From an uncultured Acidobacteriota bacterium (lineage in GTDB: Bacteria; Acidobacteriota; Terriglobia; Acidiferrales; UBA7541), in NCBI GenBank assembly GCA_963845465.1, contig CAWJSH010000009.1, forward strand, positions 270,196-334,195: a DNA stretch of 64,000 nucleotides, written 5' to 3'. Numbering within the stretch: the first letter of the stretch is position 1; each line of letters begins with the position of its first letter. Made by a program: the position numbers and the translations under genes. Shown here piece by piece: positions 60,383-64,000 of this stretch. The notes beneath the pieces are model-generated. The model was not told the DNA's origin. It worked only from the letters and a program-made list of their open reading frames with translations, and did not search any database.

Positions 60383-62105
60383 CTATTCCTTCCCCAACTT
60401 CTCCACCACTCCCTCCGGCAACTCATGCGACAAAACCAAAAACACCCCGTTCGTCCACCCAAACCCCACAATATTCACCTTATACCCCGCCGTAACCGCC
60501 GTCTCCGACGACCGCGTCACCGCGTTATATTTCTCACGTATCGTCCCGTCTCGCCGAAAGTTTTCCAGCACATTCGACAAAAACGCCAGCGAAACCCGAT
60601 CCGCCACCTCGGTAAATCCATACTTCCGAATCCCGTCGTCCGCCATCAACTGATTCGGTGCCCACGCATACGGCGCGTCCCACTGCCCGCCACTCTCTTT
60701 CGGGCTCATCATCAATCCGCCCGGCCGCTCGAAAATTCCTACATTCTTCACAACCGCCGCCGCTTGCTCCTTCGTCGCCAGTCCCGTCCACAGCGGCAAA
60801 AATGTCGTCACATATTCATAAGTCGATTGCTGGTTCTTCGTGAAGTCCCAATCGAAAAACATCCCGGCCTTCGCGTTCCACAAATATTTATTGATCGCAT
60901 CCTTCCGCTTCTTCGCGCGCTCATGCCATTCCTCGGACTCCTTCTTCTTCCCCAGCATGTCCGCCATCCGCGCCAGATCTTCTTCCGCCTTGTAGAGCAG
61001 GCTGTTCAAACAAACCGGCGCGTAGTGATGCGTCGCCACTCCGTACGGCCCAAATCGAAACGCGATGTCGTAACCCGATTCGCGCATCGACCGGTCACCC
61101 TTGTAATAATCCGCGCTCAACGAAACTCCGCCGGCCGACGCGCAATCCGATTTCGCCATCGTTGTCGCAGTGCTTTCGCAAACCTGCATCGCAAACAGCG
61201 GGCCGACGTAATCCTTCCGCATCATCTCCCGATTTTTTCTGGATCAAATACTCTCGCCCCATATCCGGGTGCGCCAAAAAGTACGCCGCAACTTGCGCCA
61301 GATGTCCCGTCTCATCTTTCAAACTTTCCGGCGCCGGCCCGGTTCCGAAATCGAAATAGCGAGACAGCCCGGTGTTTCCCGCCAGGTGCGGCTCGAGCGT
61401 CCACAAATTGTGATCGCGCACCGCATAGCCGTAAGCCTTCTCCAGCCACGCGCGATCTTCCTGTCCCGCTTCTTTCTTCGCGTCGTAAACATCCAGAATC
61501 ATCGACGTCAAAAACGGCGGCTGTGATCGCGTCAAGTAATACGTCCGGTTCGCGTTCAAAATCGCGCCGTAGTGTTCGATCTCAAAGAAAAAATTCTCGA
61601 CCATCCCCTGCGCCAGTTCGATCCGCTTGTCGCGCACCAATCCGCGAATGATGAAGTAGCTATCCCACCCGTACATTTCATTGAATCGTCCGCCCGGCAC
61701 GACATACTTGTGCGGCAGATACAGAAGTCCCGCCGGATCGATCTTCGACTCATCGATTTCGCCGAGGTTGTGAATCACCATCGGCAATTTTTTCGCCTGC
61801 ACATTGCATTGCGCCTGAAGGTTCTGCACCGCGGGTGGAACATCAAAATCGGCAGGGAGGTACAACACAGAAGTCGTCGTGACCTTCGTATCGACGACCG
61901 ACTTACATTCATCCAGCGAGCGCGTCAGCGTGTCCCACCCCTCCGCAATATATTTCCGAATCGGCGCAAGCCCGGGCTGCGTCGCAGCCGAAGTCGCCGA
62001 AGCTTGCGCACCGGCGCAAGGCGCGAACGCCGATATCACGCACATCAAAACAACCACGACTTTGTACGGGCGCAGCACTGCTGCGCCCCAGGTCCGCACG
62101 CTCAT
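60383..62105 (-). CDS. Exported trehalase (GH37), frameshift ~61200
   Basis: YVVPGGRFNEMYGWDSY, NANRTYYLTRSQPP, ESGYD, VCLNSLL, QWDAPYAWAPNQ, GFGWTNGV. Confidence 0.93.
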
Positions 62106-62298
62106 TGGGTCTTGAAGTCCCGCCGCTTTGAACGACCGTCCCCCACCCACACCCCACCCCAAAATGCCCGCAAAAGGGACCCGAACTTTCGCAAATTTTG
62201 GCATTTGCCCCTCAGGTGAAAAAAGACCTATCTCGTTTAGCTAGAGCAGTATAGCACTGCCGCCGCACCCCGAAATGCCTCAATCTCAGGAACCCATC

Positions 62299-62307
62299 TG
62301 TTATAAT
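62299..62307 (+). promoter_or_regulatory. Extended -10 promoter with no downstream plus-strand gene
   Basis: Perfect TGnTATAAT. Confidence 0.45.
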
Positions 62308-62730
62308 GATGCTGTAGAAAGCTGCGCCTGCCGGAACTTCCGATTCCCCCAAAATCCTTGGTTTTTGAATCGTTCGCAAACATCGATTTGCAAATCTCCA
62401 CCGGCTTCACGAACCGACCCACCCACTACCAAAATAGCAGGAGCACCGTGTGTCCAAAGAGTTAACATCGCCCGCAGGGTCGCAGAATTTCTCCGGCTCG
62501 CCGCGCAACTCATTCGTGTAAGCCCTTTAGAATCTGCACTTGCAAATGTATATGAAAACAAACAACTTCAAACCCAGCAGAATCCGCACTTACGCGAAAC
62601 CCGGGGGGTACCCCGGCTCCTTTCGCCAACCCGCAACCCGTCAATCTTGCTCCATCCCAAACGAAAAGCGCGTCGGCCGAAACCGACGCGCCCAAAGCAG
62701 TTTTGATAGATCGTGTAAAACCCGCTGAAC

Positions 62731-63186
62731 TTACACGACTCCAGCGCGTGCCGCCGCGACCTTGGTGCCTGTTCCGACCTGCTTCATCGGACTCCCGCAG
62801 AGACACGTCGGCGATGCAGTCAAGTTCCGCGTCACCGGAGCGCTTCGACTGGTTTCCGCCGGCGTCCGCTTGATGAAGTTCCCCGGAGTATCGTAGCGCC
62901 CGCTCATCATCGACGATCCTCCGCCAGTGCTCGACGTGCCGAATGTGCCTTCGCCGGTAGCGCCTTGCGCGCCGAAATCGCCCGGCGTTGAAGTCGTTTC
63001 GCGGCGAAAATTTCCGGTCAACGATCCGGAATTCTCGCTGCCCAATTCTTGATCGCGCTCTGCAACGTTGCTTTCGCTGCTGTAGTCGCTCACTGCCGAA
63101 ACAGAATTGCTCGGTCGTTCGATCCGAATCTCACAGCCGCAGTTCGGATCCGTGCATGTATAACGATCGCCAGTCTGGTTGCTCAT
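62731..63186 (-). CDS. Small Cys-motif protein: split desulforedoxin-like motif around a Ser/Gly/Thr-rich insert
   Basis: GDRYTCTDPNCGCEIRIE ... PTCLCGSPMKQV; GAAAGGAAG RBS. Confidence 0.65.
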   Translation of the reverse strand: MSNQTGDRYTCTDPNCGCEIRIERPSNSVSAVSDYSSESNVAERDQELGSENSGSLTGNFRRETTSTPGDFGAQGATGEGTFGTSSTGGGSSMMSGRYDTPGNFIKRTPAETSRSAPVTRNLTASPTCLCGSPMKQVGTGTKVAAARAGVV

Positions 63187-63509
63187 GTAGCTTCCTTTCG
63201 GGCGGCGGCCGGGTCGATCCGCGTGATTTCACTTGCGATGTTCGCGCGCGAAATCACCCCACGCAATCAGGTCATTACCCCACTCCGGCGCAACTAAATC
63301 GGGCATGCGAGCCTGCGATTCGCAGTTCTCTGTGAACTCTGTGCTCTCTGTGGTGAAATCTCTTTGGCTTTTAGACGTTGAACGCACTGAACCTAAGCGT
63401 TCGTGCTGGATTCGCCTTAGTACGACCCGCGATTAGCTACGGCATGCTTTGGTAAGGACTGGAGCATCGCTGGCACAGGTGTGGCACAGGCACTCTTGCC
63501 TGTGCTGCC

Positions 63510-64000
63510 TTAACTCGCAGCAATCATTGCGCTGAGAAGGGAAGCCGCGTCGGAATCACCGGAATACAACGCAGGACCGATCGGCGATCCAACAAAAATG
63601 AGACTTCCCGCGCCGAGCGATTTGCGCCACGCGACGGGAATTTCTCCCCAGCGCGCAATCGCTCGGCCCTTTGCTGCCGAAACTGGAATTACGCGGCTAA
63701 AGTCTCGAATGCGCGTTTCGCGCGGCCAGCGATACTCAACATAGGGAATTCGCTCGTGTCCGATCGCGCGCACGTTGCGAGCGCTCTGATTTTTCGCTTC
63801 AGCATTTAATCTTTGCGATGCAGAGCGTGACCACACATCGATCGGTTGCGCCATCGAGACTCCGAAATGTTCGAGCGTCAGCGCTTGCTGCCGCGCAAAA
63901 TCGCTTGGTTCCAAAAACGCTGCGCCCGACTCCCACAAGACTGTTGTTCCGTGCTCGATCAATTTGCGAACACTGTCAAACGTTTCGGCTTGCACCGCGC
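63510..64000 (-). CDS. C-terminal part of a hypothetical protein entering from the window edge
   Basis: Open frame to the edge, ending ...GAGSLIFVGSPIGPALYSGD...; no family recognised. Confidence 0.6.
   Translation of the reverse strand, partial: AVQAETFDSVRKLIEHGTTVLWESGAAFLEPSDFARQQALTLEHFGVSMAQPIDVWSRSASQRLNAEAKNQSARNVRAIGHERIPYVEYRWPRETRIRDFSRVIPVSAAKGRAIARWGEIPVAWRKSLGAGSLIFVGSPIGPALYSGDSDAASLLSAMIAAS

Overview
A GC-rich bacterial window. The gene content (four CRTAC1/ASPIC-UnbV proteins, TPR proteins, an Oar-like TonB-dependent receptor, a membrane-anchored HTH-like regulator) suggests Acidobacteriota; this is inference. It holds about 45 protein genes. They include a pentose-phosphate/sugar cluster (tkt-tal-pgi-gnd-zwf-pgl-fbaB, plus rpe, an SDR, a Cof-type HAD, a sugar porter and a PfkB kinase), three exported glycosidases, a redox/sulfur block (7-heme TPR cytochrome, 1-Cys Prx, MBL-rhodanese), a PilZ/LuxR/pseudo-receiver-PilZ module and a UPF0175/DUF3368 toxin-antitoxin pair. 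Many genes carry single-base frameshifts, most likely sequencing indels. No rRNA, tRNA, CRISPR array or transposase was found. The best findings are: (1) an AhpD-like gene split by an in-frame TGA in a C-H-Y-TGA (CxxU) motif, followed by a SECIS-like hairpin, so a probable selenoprotein; (2) an orphan promoter-to-terminator unit of about 110 nt carrying a 12-nt perfect complement of the canonical 16S rRNA 3' end; (3) three related intergenic elements, each behind a near-consensus sigma70 promoter and ending in a G-run or G/C palindrome; (4) a CRTAC1-TPR-TBDR-regulator envelope module; (5) at least six families of short palindromic repeats, some in frame inside genes. All alignments and counts were done by eye; no database searches were run.
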